Positions 1 through 8,170 of a stretch of 24,950 bases of DNA are shown in pieces. The DNA comes from a virus. Taxonomy: Duplodnaviria; Caudoviricetes. The stretch covers positions 1 through 24,950 of the IMG/VR virus record IMGVR_UViG_3300043442_000022; one strand, written 5' to 3'. The notes under the pieces are model-generated. The model was not told the DNA's origin. It was given only the letters and a program-made list of their open reading frames with translations, and made no database searches. Both the position numbers and the translations under genes were made by a program. Position 1 is the stretch's first letter. Each line of letters starts with the position of its first letter.

Positions 1-1
1 C

Positions 2-1606
2 TGGGTCTTGCAGCAAATAGTCCGCAAGTTCTTCACCCGAAGCCATGCCGTCTGTCTGCTCGTTAGCCAACTCCAAGCGTTCCGCCGCATACTGCTCAAG
101 CTCAGAAGGTTTTTTCCCCGGCATGTAACCGATGAAGTCTTCCTCTTTTTCTTCAGGTTTTGCTGCGGGTTGCAACTGGGCAAGGCGTTGCCTCAGTCTT
201 TGCGCTTCGCTGGAATCCCGTGGAACGCTCTTGAGTCGCGCCCTGATGGAGTTGATTTCTTTTTGCCGGTCTTCTGCCGCGTCTTTGTCAATCTGCTCCA
301 GCATGTAATCTTCAGGCGTCAGGGCCGCTATACGCTGCTGTTCGGCAAACTGATCAAAGAACTTCTGGCCACCAGCCTTGTTGTATTCCTTGACGACATC
401 GGCCAGAGTGGTGCGCTCAAACTCGCTGATCTCCTTACCCAACTCCTTGGCACGGGCTAGGGACGCCGGGTCATCCTTGCGGGCTTTGAGCGCCTTGATC
501 TCTTCCTTGCGCCGGTTGTACTCCGCCACCGTCGTGTCGTAGCGCTGCTTCAAGTCCTTCAGATACTCTGGCTGCTTGCGCAGTTCAGCTTCCTCGGCTT
601 CCTTCTTGGCAGCTTCTTGGCGGGCTTCCAAGCGTTGCTTGGCTTCGGCGTCTGAAACAACACCACGCGCCACACCCTGCTCACGCCCACGCTCCACAAA
701 GCGGCCAGCAGGCGCAAGGACTCCGCCCAGCACCGCGCCACCGATGAAGCTCTCAAGGTATTCCGCACGAGCCGCCGGGTCAGCAATCTCAAGGCCAGCC
801 TGCAAGCGTTCCAGATACTGCTGCCCTGCCTCAGTAAAACCTTCACGGCCTGAAGTCAACAGCGTGGTGCGTCCGTAGTCCGCCAACTTCTGCTTGAAGG
901 ACTGCTCCAGCAACGCCTTGGCTTGCGCCTCGGTCAGGTCTTTACCTACCGACTTGAACAGGTTGCGGATCAGCGGCAAGCCACGCAGGGAAATGACGTC
1001 AAGGGCGGCTTGAGGCACCGCAGCGGCAAACGCATTGCCCAGGCTGGTGCGGGCAAGACTGGCGTCTTCACCACGGGCTTCGGCTTCTTCAATCTGACGG
1101 GCAAGGTTCGATCCCGTGAACTGAGCCGCAGAGGCAGCGCCTGCTGCCAAACCTCCAGCAATACCTTTAAGCACCGCAGCCCCGGCGGCAACAGGAAGTG
1201 CTTTTACTGCACCTACCGCAGCCGCACCCGCTGCAATTGGAGCCGCCATGTAGGGCAGGGAGCCGCCCAACAACTCCTTGATCTTCGTTATGGGCGCTTC
1301 AGTCCAGCCTTCCTCAGTGGGTTTGAAGATTTGGCTGGCTTGCTTTTCCCTCTCGGCTCTGTAGGCTTCGGCTTCCTTAAGCCCCATGATGCCCAGCCTG
1401 CCCGCCGTCAGGGCCGCTTCACCCTTGAGCCGTTCAAAGCCTGCGCCTAGCGCGGGGAAGAACCCCGACTCGCCTTCCTTTTCGGGCTCTTTTGTTTTGA
1501 ACGCATCAGGATACTCCCGCAGCGCTCTCAGGTAGGCTTCTTTAGGGGTTTCTTTTTCCCGAACAGTTACATAAGTGCCATCAGGAAGCGGGACGTATTG
1601 CGCCAT
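2..1606 (-). CDS. Large internal virion/ejection protein, N-terminal 535 aa (runs off the left edge)
   Basis: Not in the ORF track because it has no stop in the window. ATG at 1606, 9 nt after the upstream stop, with an AAGGGG RBS-like sequence. Open to the edge: MAQYVPLPDGTYVTVREKETPKEAYLRALREYPDAF... It has Ala/Gly hydrophobic stretches (AAPIAAGAAAVGAV, GGAVLGGVLA), an 'EGFTEAGQQYLER' motif and charged coiled-coil. It is the last gene of the ejection-protein block. Confidence 0.8.
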   Translation of the reverse strand, partial: MAQYVPLPDGTYVTVREKETPKEAYLRALREYPDAFKTKEPEKEGESGFFPALGAGFERLKGEAALTAGRLGIMGLKEAEAYRAEREKQASQIFKPTEEGWTEAPITKIKELLGGSLPYMAAPIAAGAAAVGAVKALPVAAGAAVLKGIAGGLAAGAASAAQFTGSNLARQIEEAEARGEDASLARTSLGNAFAAAVPQAALDVISLRGLPLIRNLFKSVGKDLTEAQAKALLEQSFKQKLADYGRTTLLTSGREGFTEAGQQYLERLQAGLEIADPAARAEYLESFIGGAVLGGVLAPAGRFVERGREQGVARGVVSDAEAKQRLEARQEAAKKEAEEAELRKQPEYLKDLKQRYDTTVAEYNRRKEEIKALKARKDDPASLARAKELGKEISEFERTTLADVVKEYNKAGGQKFFDQFAEQQRIAALTPEDYMLEQIDKDAAEDRQKEINSIRARLKSVPRDSSEAQRLRQRLAQLQPAAKPEEKEEDFIGYMPGKKPSELEQYAAERLELANEQTDGMASGEELADYLLQDP

Positions 1607-1615
1607 AGTGACCCC

Positions 1616-3574
1616 TTATGGGCGTGCTCCGGGTGGAGGCGTCGAGCTTGACACAGCCTGAATCGTCGAAGCGCTCATCCGCGTGATCATAGCGTTGATC
1701 GTATCGTACAACCCTTTGTTGGTAACCTTAAGCTGCTCCAAGGCACCGGGGGTTGTGACGATTTTGGTCACCAACTCAGCCGCCGCACGTTGATCACCCC
1801 CTATGCTCTTAAGTTCTTCGTATGCTTTTCTAAATTGTGGATCTGCTGCAAACGCCCGAATAAGCCTTTCTTCAGCGCCAGGCAACTGCGCAATCTGAAG
1901 CTGCGTTTGCCTGTTAAGCCCCGCTTCACTGACACGTGTTTCTCTATCTGCCGCTGCAATTCGTTCCTGAGATGCAATTTGCGCTGCGGAACGACTGCTT
2001 GCCCCTGCTTCTTGCACCATATTGTTGTAGATGCTCGCAGCGGCACCAGACCGGGCATTAGTTACAGCCATAACCGCATTCATGCCGTATTGTTTGGCGG
2101 TATCAAGCCGGGCACTGGCACGATCCTCATACGTTAGCATTGTCTTGGTATCGTCTCTAGCCTCGGCCCGACGTGCCTGCTCAATGTCCGCCATAGCGCG
2201 CTGGCGCTCCTTGGCGGATTTCTTAAAGTCTTTGAGCGCCTCAGAATACTGCCCCGTTCCAACCATTGCGCCTTTGGCAATATTTTCCAAAGCGCGAGGA
2301 GAGCCACCTGCCATCATGGCAAGTCCTGCATTCAAGATGGCCATAGCCTTGTCTTTGCCCAAACCTTCCTTGGCTTCAACTTCTTCTTTTTTGAGCAGTG
2401 CTTCAAGCCCAGCGTAAGCAGGGCCGTCTTTCTTCAATGCCTCTTTGAGTTGCCCACGCCTTTCTTTGATATCTGCTTTAACCTCGTTTGTATACTTTTC
2501 AATTTCTCTTTGAACACCTTCAGGATCAAAGAATCTTTTTGCCACGTCTACAGCCCGCGTTGCAAAATCTTGAGCAGGGGCCGCGCCAGCACCAGCACCA
2601 CGAATCGCCGCACCTGAAGCTTCAAGAGCAGCAATACCTGCTGGCGGCGCAGCACCAGAAGCACGCGCAGTAGCCGCACCTGCCAGAAGCCGTGGGTCTA
2701 CTGTTCGCTGACCCTCGACCGGCGGGGCTTCTCCATAGTAATTACTTCCTGCTTCTGCCCTTTGCAAAGCCGCTTGTGATTCCGGAGACAGATAAGGCCT
2801 ATCGCCTTGCGGTGGAACTGGACGCGTTTTTGATGTTGCCGGAGGCTGCGCACGGCTACCTGCTTCCGAAATGAGCTTCTTAAAAAGGTCAGGGTTCTTC
2901 TCGGCAATGACATCACGAATGCCAGTGAGCCCATATTGCTTAAGCGCTTGCAATTGAGGCAAAGAAAGACTGGGCAGTAGGTTGTCTACAAATTCAGCAG
3001 TTTCTTTGTCCGTGTCCGTCTGACGCACAAACATTCCCGGCAAAGCAGTGCGTCGGCCATACATACTTGCCAACTCGCTTCGTAAACGGTCTCTTGCCAA
3101 GTCATCTTGCAGCGCTTGTTCTGTGCGTTCATACGATTGGCCAAAAGCAGAACGGCTAAACGGCGTGTTGCCCCCCGTTTGATACCGCGCAACATCGCCA
3201 CCACCCGCCATCCGCACCACAGGCTCGCTGCGCTGAGCAAAGTCAAACTCAGACATTTCAGGCTCGCCAGCGATGCCGCCGTCAGCCATGTTCTCCATGT
3301 TCGGAGCCTGAAGCGCGGCGATACCTGCTTCATCTGGGGCTTGTTGTGGAGGCTGTGGCTCCCGCCCAATCGACATGAGCGCTTGATCCTTGACTGTGCC
3401 CTGCGGTTGAGCCGCCTGAGCCTGCGCCGCCATGCGCAGCTTCTTGCGCGCCGTGTCTTCCGAGATCACCATCGGCAGGATGTACGGGTCATCCTTGTAC
3501 ATCATGGCAATCTGCTGCAACGCCTGATCAGGCATCAGGCGCAGTTGCTGGGTAAGCTGGTTCACATCAATCAT
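1616..3574 (-). CDS. Internal virion (ejection/DNA-transfer) protein, ~652 aa
   Basis: Ala/Gln-rich helical protein with 'GIAAL' segments, three x-x-GG motifs (MADGG, MAGGG, YQTGG) and a hydrophobic 'AILNAGLAMMAGGS' segment. ATG at 3574 is preferred over TTG at 3580. Function inferred from position and composition. Confidence 0.7.
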   Translation of the reverse strand: MIDVNQLTQQLRLMPDQALQQIAMMYKDDPYILPMVISEDTARKKLRMAAQAQAAQPQGTVKDQALMSIGREPQPPQQAPDEAGIAALQAPNMENMADGGIAGEPEMSEFDFAQRSEPVVRMAGGGDVARYQTGGNTPFSRSAFGQSYERTEQALQDDLARDRLRSELASMYGRRTALPGMFVRQTDTDKETAEFVDNLLPSLSLPQLQALKQYGLTGIRDVIAEKNPDLFKKLISEAGSRAQPPATSKTRPVPPQGDRPYLSPESQAALQRAEAGSNYYGEAPPVEGQRTVDPRLLAGAATARASGAAPPAGIAALEASGAAIRGAGAGAAPAQDFATRAVDVAKRFFDPEGVQREIEKYTNEVKADIKERRGQLKEALKKDGPAYAGLEALLKKEEVEAKEGLGKDKAMAILNAGLAMMAGGSPRALENIAKGAMVGTGQYSEALKDFKKSAKERQRAMADIEQARRAEARDDTKTMLTYEDRASARLDTAKQYGMNAVMAVTNARSGAAASIYNNMVQEAGASSRSAAQIASQERIAAADRETRVSEAGLNRQTQLQIAQLPGAEERLIRAFAADPQFRKAYEELKSIGGDQRAAAELVTKIVTTPGALEQLKVTNKGLYDTINAMITRMSASTIQAVSSSTPPPGARP

Positions 3575-3576
3575 GA

Positions 3577-4680
3577 TCAACGACCCATGTTATGGATAGC
3601 CAGTGCCGCAAGTCCCTTGGGCTTGTCTTCCTTGATGGCACCACCCTTTTTAGCTCCAAACAATTTACTTGCCCCATACGCCGCAGTGCCCAATCCTGCC
3701 AACTGCGACGCCGTAGATGGCCCCGGTGAATACATCGTCGAGCCAAGCTGCGTCGTGGGTTGTCCGCGAAGAATGTCGGACATGAACGCCATCTGCTTGT
3801 ACGGATAGTTCTGGTAGTTCAGGAAGTCTTGATACTGAGCGCCCAGGATGTCCTGCATCCTCTGCTGTTGTTGCTGCCCATACTGAGCTTGAAGCTGGTT
3901 GATGGCCATGTTCTGACCAAACTGAGACTGCCCCAACTGACCCATCTGCCCAGCGCCTTGCAAGGCTGTCTGAAGTCCCTGCAACCCAAGCCCTGCGCCG
4001 TACTGACGGGACTGCTCCATCAACTGCGCCGCTGCCTGCCGTTGCGCTTGCTCTTGATTGAACTGCGCTGCGGCCTGCTGGTAGGCTGACTGCAAACCCC
4101 GGGACTGGATGTCCCCCATCTGCATGGCCAGATTGCGATCCCGTTCAGCCTCAACAATCGCCTGACGGGCACCACCAAAGGCACCGGCACGGGCAAACGC
4201 CGCCTGATCACGCTGCGCTGCAACATCTGAGGCACGCTGCGCTTCACGTTTCTCAATGTCCACAACATTCTGCATGTATGGCGACATGAACTGCTGCGCC
4301 ATATTTGCTTGCGCAAAACTCTGAGGCGTGTACTCCATCGGGCCGTAAGTGCCCGCTTGCAATGCGCGAAGTCCCGCAGTGCCCGCTAGCGCCGAAGCAT
4401 CTGCCAACTGTGGAGCCGACCGCATTGCCTGCGCGCCCGCAAACGCCTGTTGTTGCAACGGCGAAAACTGGGCAAAGCGCTCACCTTGATACTGCTGATA
4501 CGGCTTGAAGCCCGTGATGATCGGCATGCCCGAGGAGTCGAGCATGACCTTGCCTGACGCATCGCGCTTGTAGTCAAAGATGGAGCCCTCAGTAGCCCCG
4601 AGCAGTCGTTCAGCATACGGCGCGATCTGCGGCGCAAAGCCGGTCTGATACTCAATTCGCTGTTGTTGCATGTCAGCCAT
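3577..4680 (-). CDS. Internal virion DNA-transfer/pilot-like protein, 367 aa
   Basis: Gln/Ala-rich, with 'QFMSPYMQNVVD', 'AGAFGGARQAI' and a C-terminal Gly/Ala hydrophobic tail (SQLAGLGTAAYGASKLFG) followed by AKKGG. This composition is typical of podoviral ejection proteins. Confidence 0.7.
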   Translation of the reverse strand: MADMQQQRIEYQTGFAPQIAPYAERLLGATEGSIFDYKRDASGKVMLDSSGMPIITGFKPYQQYQGERFAQFSPLQQQAFAGAQAMRSAPQLADASALAGTAGLRALQAGTYGPMEYTPQSFAQANMAQQFMSPYMQNVVDIEKREAQRASDVAAQRDQAAFARAGAFGGARQAIVEAERDRNLAMQMGDIQSRGLQSAYQQAAAQFNQEQAQRQAAAQLMEQSRQYGAGLGLQGLQTALQGAGQMGQLGQSQFGQNMAINQLQAQYGQQQQQRMQDILGAQYQDFLNYQNYPYKQMAFMSDILRGQPTTQLGSTMYSPGPSTASQLAGLGTAAYGASKLFGAKKGGAIKEDKPKGLAALAIHNMGR

Positions 4681-4689
4681 GATGCGTCC

Positions 4690-6771
4690 TTATGCCGGGA
4701 GGTAGCGTTCGGCTTTGGTGTTACGAGCAACCCTGCCTTTGCCAGTCGTCTTGGCCCGGGCGCGCTGCACCCGATCCATCATTGCGTAGAGCTTGCGGGC
4801 ACCTGCTTCGGTAGAACCATTACCCAATTCCGAAACGATCCGGGCTGGGATCACGAACTCACCATCGGCAAGACGCGCAGGCTGTTTGTTACCAATCACG
4901 GCAGGGATGCTGTCAGACACGCCATCGCCGGGGCCACGCAACAGCCGACCGCCATCGGAGTAACCACCAAGGTTGTAGCGGTCAACCTGCCCACCGTGAG
5001 AAGCGGAAGCGGAAATAATGTTAGCCAGACCGCCGTCAGCACCACCCGGCACATTAATGATCTGCCAGTTGGAATCATTTGCGTATGTGCTGCGCGGAGC
5101 CCGCACCGTCTCGTAGGTGGACGAATTACGCCACGTCACCATCTCGTTCGGGTCGCCAGAAGGTGCGGTCGTTGTAGACCCTGAACCAGAACCTGATCCC
5201 GCGCCGGGGCGTCCGGTGTATATGTCCGAAGGTGCGGTGGACGTTGCGCGCCCTGCATAGAAGCCTGTCGGAACGATGCCCACGGCCTCTGCGTAGGGCT
5301 TGGAAATAGAACCGCCTGCGGGGATGAAGGGAGAGCTTGGGTACGCCCCGCGCCCCATCAGGTAGTCGTATGCCTGCCCGCTACCACCAGTCAGACTGTT
5401 GAAACGATACTCGTTGAGCGCAGCAGCAAGCTGCGGGGGCGGCACCCCGAGGCGTTGTCCTTCGGCTTGAAGCGCATCGTATGAAGCGCCGGGGTTACGC
5501 GCCATGTAGTCACGCAGTGCCTGAACCACAGTGTTCTGCGTGTAGATGTTCTGTCCCGGCAAGACCGTGCCAATCTGTTGGTCGCCTGTGCTGCCACCAC
5601 CCGCCTCGTACCGAGAACGGATTTCGCTCATCGTGGGCGCTTTGGTGTAGTCAATTGCAGGGGGCCCAACACCAATTTCCCCGGGTCTTTCAATCTGATT
5701 TGCCGTCAAGAAGTCCGCGATGTTCTGGGCGCTGAAGGTCTTGCCGTACTGCTGGTTGACCATGTCGGCAATCTGCTGATCCGTCAGTCCCTTGGCAACT
5801 CCACTCCTTGCCGCTGCCAGAGCCGCCGCTTGTGGGTCATTCTCAATGCTCTTCTGCGCTGCCAACTGCGCAGCAGTGGGGGCCCCTTGTTGGGTCGGAT
5901 CAGACGCGCCACCAGCAGCAAGCGCAACAATTCCGCCCGTGTTCATTCCTGAGCTTGAATCCGTGCCTGTTGCCGAGAACATCGGCAGTTGCTCAAGCGT
6001 TTGACCTTCGCCCATTGCCATCGGACGAATCCTGGGTGTGTAGGTATAGCTGCCTTGCGGCGTGGTGGTCTTAGGTTGCCCCAGAACATCAGCGCCCATC
6101 ATGGCTCCGTAGCCTGCCTTCATCAGACCGGAAGTACCGCCGACGCCAGTCATGAATGCTGAACGCCCTGCCGGGTCTGTTAATGCGCCTAGACCTCCAG
6201 TAAAGCGATCAAGGGCACCTTTCTTAGCAAAATCAACCCCCGCGTTTCTAGTGACATCTTCAATCAAAGTAGACTGCGGAATCCCAAGCTCTTTGTATTG
6301 AGCAATTTGTTCAGGCGTTATGCTCTGCAACGCAGCCTGTTCAGCACCCGCTGCTCCTGCCGCACTCAGTCCTCCAGCCAACGAAGCGCCACCATACGCA
6401 CCCAGCCCGGCCATGATGCCTTGCTTGAGACTGCCAGTAGCCAGACCTGTAATACCGCCAACCGCAATACCAGTGCCAATAGCTCCGGCTGTGGCCGCGC
6501 TGAGCCCCAACGCGCTGGGGAGCAAACTACCAATTGCAGTCCCAACTCCCGGCGCAATAAAGTTAAGCGCCATACCTGCAATCATCGGCAGGAGTTTCTT
6601 GAGGAAGTTGGCTTCCGGCAAACCCGTTTCCGGGTTGATGGTCAGTTTGCCGCCGTGAGCAAGCGCCAGAGCATGAAGTCCACGCACTTCGTCCGGGGTC
6701 ATATGCACCAGCATCGTGTCGCCATTACGGCCTTTGCTGGCGAGGTGGTCGGCTAGGACGGCAAGGCTCAT
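4690..6771 (-). CDS. Internal virion protein, 693 aa, with a C-terminal GPGDG..SDSIPA..LADGEFV domain
   Basis: N-terminal 'GRNGDTMLVHMTPDE...TINPETGLPEA', then a long Gly/Ala hydrophobic region and several x-x-GG motifs. The C-terminal motif resembles one common in phage tape-measure proteins. AAGGGGGG RBS upstream. Confidence 0.7.
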   Translation of the reverse strand: MSLAVLADHLASKGRNGDTMLVHMTPDEVRGLHALALAHGGKLTINPETGLPEANFLKKLLPMIAGMALNFIAPGVGTAIGSLLPSALGLSAATAGAIGTGIAVGGITGLATGSLKQGIMAGLGAYGGASLAGGLSAAGAAGAEQAALQSITPEQIAQYKELGIPQSTLIEDVTRNAGVDFAKKGALDRFTGGLGALTDPAGRSAFMTGVGGTSGLMKAGYGAMMGADVLGQPKTTTPQGSYTYTPRIRPMAMGEGQTLEQLPMFSATGTDSSSGMNTGGIVALAAGGASDPTQQGAPTAAQLAAQKSIENDPQAAALAAARSGVAKGLTDQQIADMVNQQYGKTFSAQNIADFLTANQIERPGEIGVGPPAIDYTKAPTMSEIRSRYEAGGGSTGDQQIGTVLPGQNIYTQNTVVQALRDYMARNPGASYDALQAEGQRLGVPPPQLAAALNEYRFNSLTGGSGQAYDYLMGRGAYPSSPFIPAGGSISKPYAEAVGIVPTGFYAGRATSTAPSDIYTGRPGAGSGSGSGSTTTAPSGDPNEMVTWRNSSTYETVRAPRSTYANDSNWQIINVPGGADGGLANIISASASHGGQVDRYNLGGYSDGGRLLRGPGDGVSDSIPAVIGNKQPARLADGEFVIPARIVSELGNGSTEAGARKLYAMMDRVQRARAKTTGKGRVARNTKAERYLPA

Positions 6772-6801
6772 ACGCCCCCCTTGAGAATGGATTGGTTCAT
6801 T

Positions 6802-8169
6802 TTATTGGGTCAGATCAAAAAATGAAATAGACCCAAGCGCATCGCCCGTTGTGGCCCCGGAAACTGTCCGAATCGCCACGGTAAAGATGTCACTGACCCC
6901 GGCAATCGACGCCCCCAACTGCAAATCCCAGTTGTAGTCGTTGGGGAAACTTGTGCTGCTCGTGCCCCCGGCGGTGTTGGACGCAAGATAGTCGGATTGA
7001 ACAATTGTCCCGCCCGTTGTGGCTGTGGCGGCTACATCAAACTCAACATTGGAGTCTGACGGCACTGTGGCCGCCCAAGTCGCTCCGGTTAGCGTCGGGT
7101 TTTTAATCAGAGCAACCTCGTAGTTCTGACTGGTCGTCGGCAGAACCTGAACCCGGTTTGGCAGCACCACCGCACCCGTTCGCCCGGAGGCCAGACGGAT
7201 GGACACCAAGGGAAGGAAGGTCGTCCCAATGGTTCCCAAGATTGTGGTGCGACGCGCCACATGGTCAATTGAGGTCTGCTCAAACCCGCCCTCGGACACC
7301 ACCGAACAGCAGATTGCCTTCATGGACGCCGCCAACGCCGACGATGTGCTGATCTCGTACCGCACCGGCAGGATCGCGGTGGTCATGTAGACGTTCGTGA
7401 TCTCGTTGGCGTTGTTGAAGGTGTGGCAGACGATGTACTCGCCATTGATGATGAAGCCGCACCGGACTGATCCGACCCCCAACCACTCAAAGTCCATCCA
7501 CAGAATCTGGGCCTTGGATGGGTCAAGGGTATACCCTGATGCCCCGGTGCCGTCCAACTTGTCGCCGTTCCAATCATCTTGATTCACCGTCCGGGCGTCG
7601 GACACGGAGCCGGTCACATAGGAGCGCAGGACGAAGGAGTAAACGCCGTCAATCCTCTGGAAGAACACTCCGTTCTGGTCGTTGTAGTAGCCCACCCTCT
7701 GGGTCAGGTTCAGGCTCTGGCTGCTGTCCATCACAAAGGTGGCAAGGACAAGCAAACCCTTACCCGGCTGATACGGGAATGAGCGGTAGGACTGCCGAAG
7801 CACCGATCCGACCCCGGCCCCGGTGACCTCCATCTTGACCGCAGCCTCGTTGGACAGGAACGATGTCGTGCCCGTGCCGGTCGTTGAAACATCGAATTGA
7901 TTGTCTGCGGCGTAGCGGTTCTGGCTGTCAAACAGCGTGTAGGGTTGGCTGACCCGCAACCGCCCGAAGGCGTCCACATTGGTGCCGCCGATGGAAATGG
8001 GGACGGGAGATGCTGTAGCCACGATTCGCCTCAGTATTGCGTCAAGCCGGTTGAAATACAGACGCAGGACATTGTTAAGCTGCTCGTGATAACGCGACTC
8101 GTAGTCCTGTGGAGCCAGCGGGAGGTTTGGCGGCGCGGGGACAAGTCCATCTTCAATAAGGAGCGCCAT
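6802..8169 (-). CDS. Tail needle/spike-like virion protein, 455 aa
   Basis: Short N-terminal 'PNLPLAP..Y...EQLNNVLRLYFNRLD' helical anchor fused to a beta-rich domain starting 'DAFGRLRVSQPYTLFDS'. Directly follows the nozzle-like gene. Confidence 0.55.
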   Translation of the reverse strand: MALLIEDGLVPAPPNLPLAPQDYESRYHEQLNNVLRLYFNRLDAILRRIVATASPVPISIGGTNVDAFGRLRVSQPYTLFDSQNRYAADNQFDVSTTGTGTTSFLSNEAAVKMEVTGAGVGSVLRQSYRSFPYQPGKGLLVLATFVMDSSQSLNLTQRVGYYNDQNGVFFQRIDGVYSFVLRSYVTGSVSDARTVNQDDWNGDKLDGTGASGYTLDPSKAQILWMDFEWLGVGSVRCGFIINGEYIVCHTFNNANEITNVYMTTAILPVRYEISTSSALAASMKAICCSVVSEGGFEQTSIDHVARRTTILGTIGTTFLPLVSIRLASGRTGAVVLPNRVQVLPTTSQNYEVALIKNPTLTGATWAATVPSDSNVEFDVAATATTGGTIVQSDYLASNTAGGTSSTSFPNDYNWDLQLGASIAGVSDIFTVAIRTVSGATTGDALGSISFFDLTQ

Positions 8170-8170
8170 G

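Noticed and set aside
8-1450. Plus-strand ORFs 8..460, 576..878, 923..1450 and short minus-strand ORFs 559..846, 970..1191
   Set aside because: They are shadows or alternate frames of the long minus-strand gene 2..1606, with no protein-like features.
4690-6771. Calling the 693-aa protein a tape measure protein (siphovirus)
   Set aside because: Only a short motif matches. No major tail tube, sheath or tail chaperone genes were recognised, and the gene order (nozzle then ejection genes) is podovirus-like.
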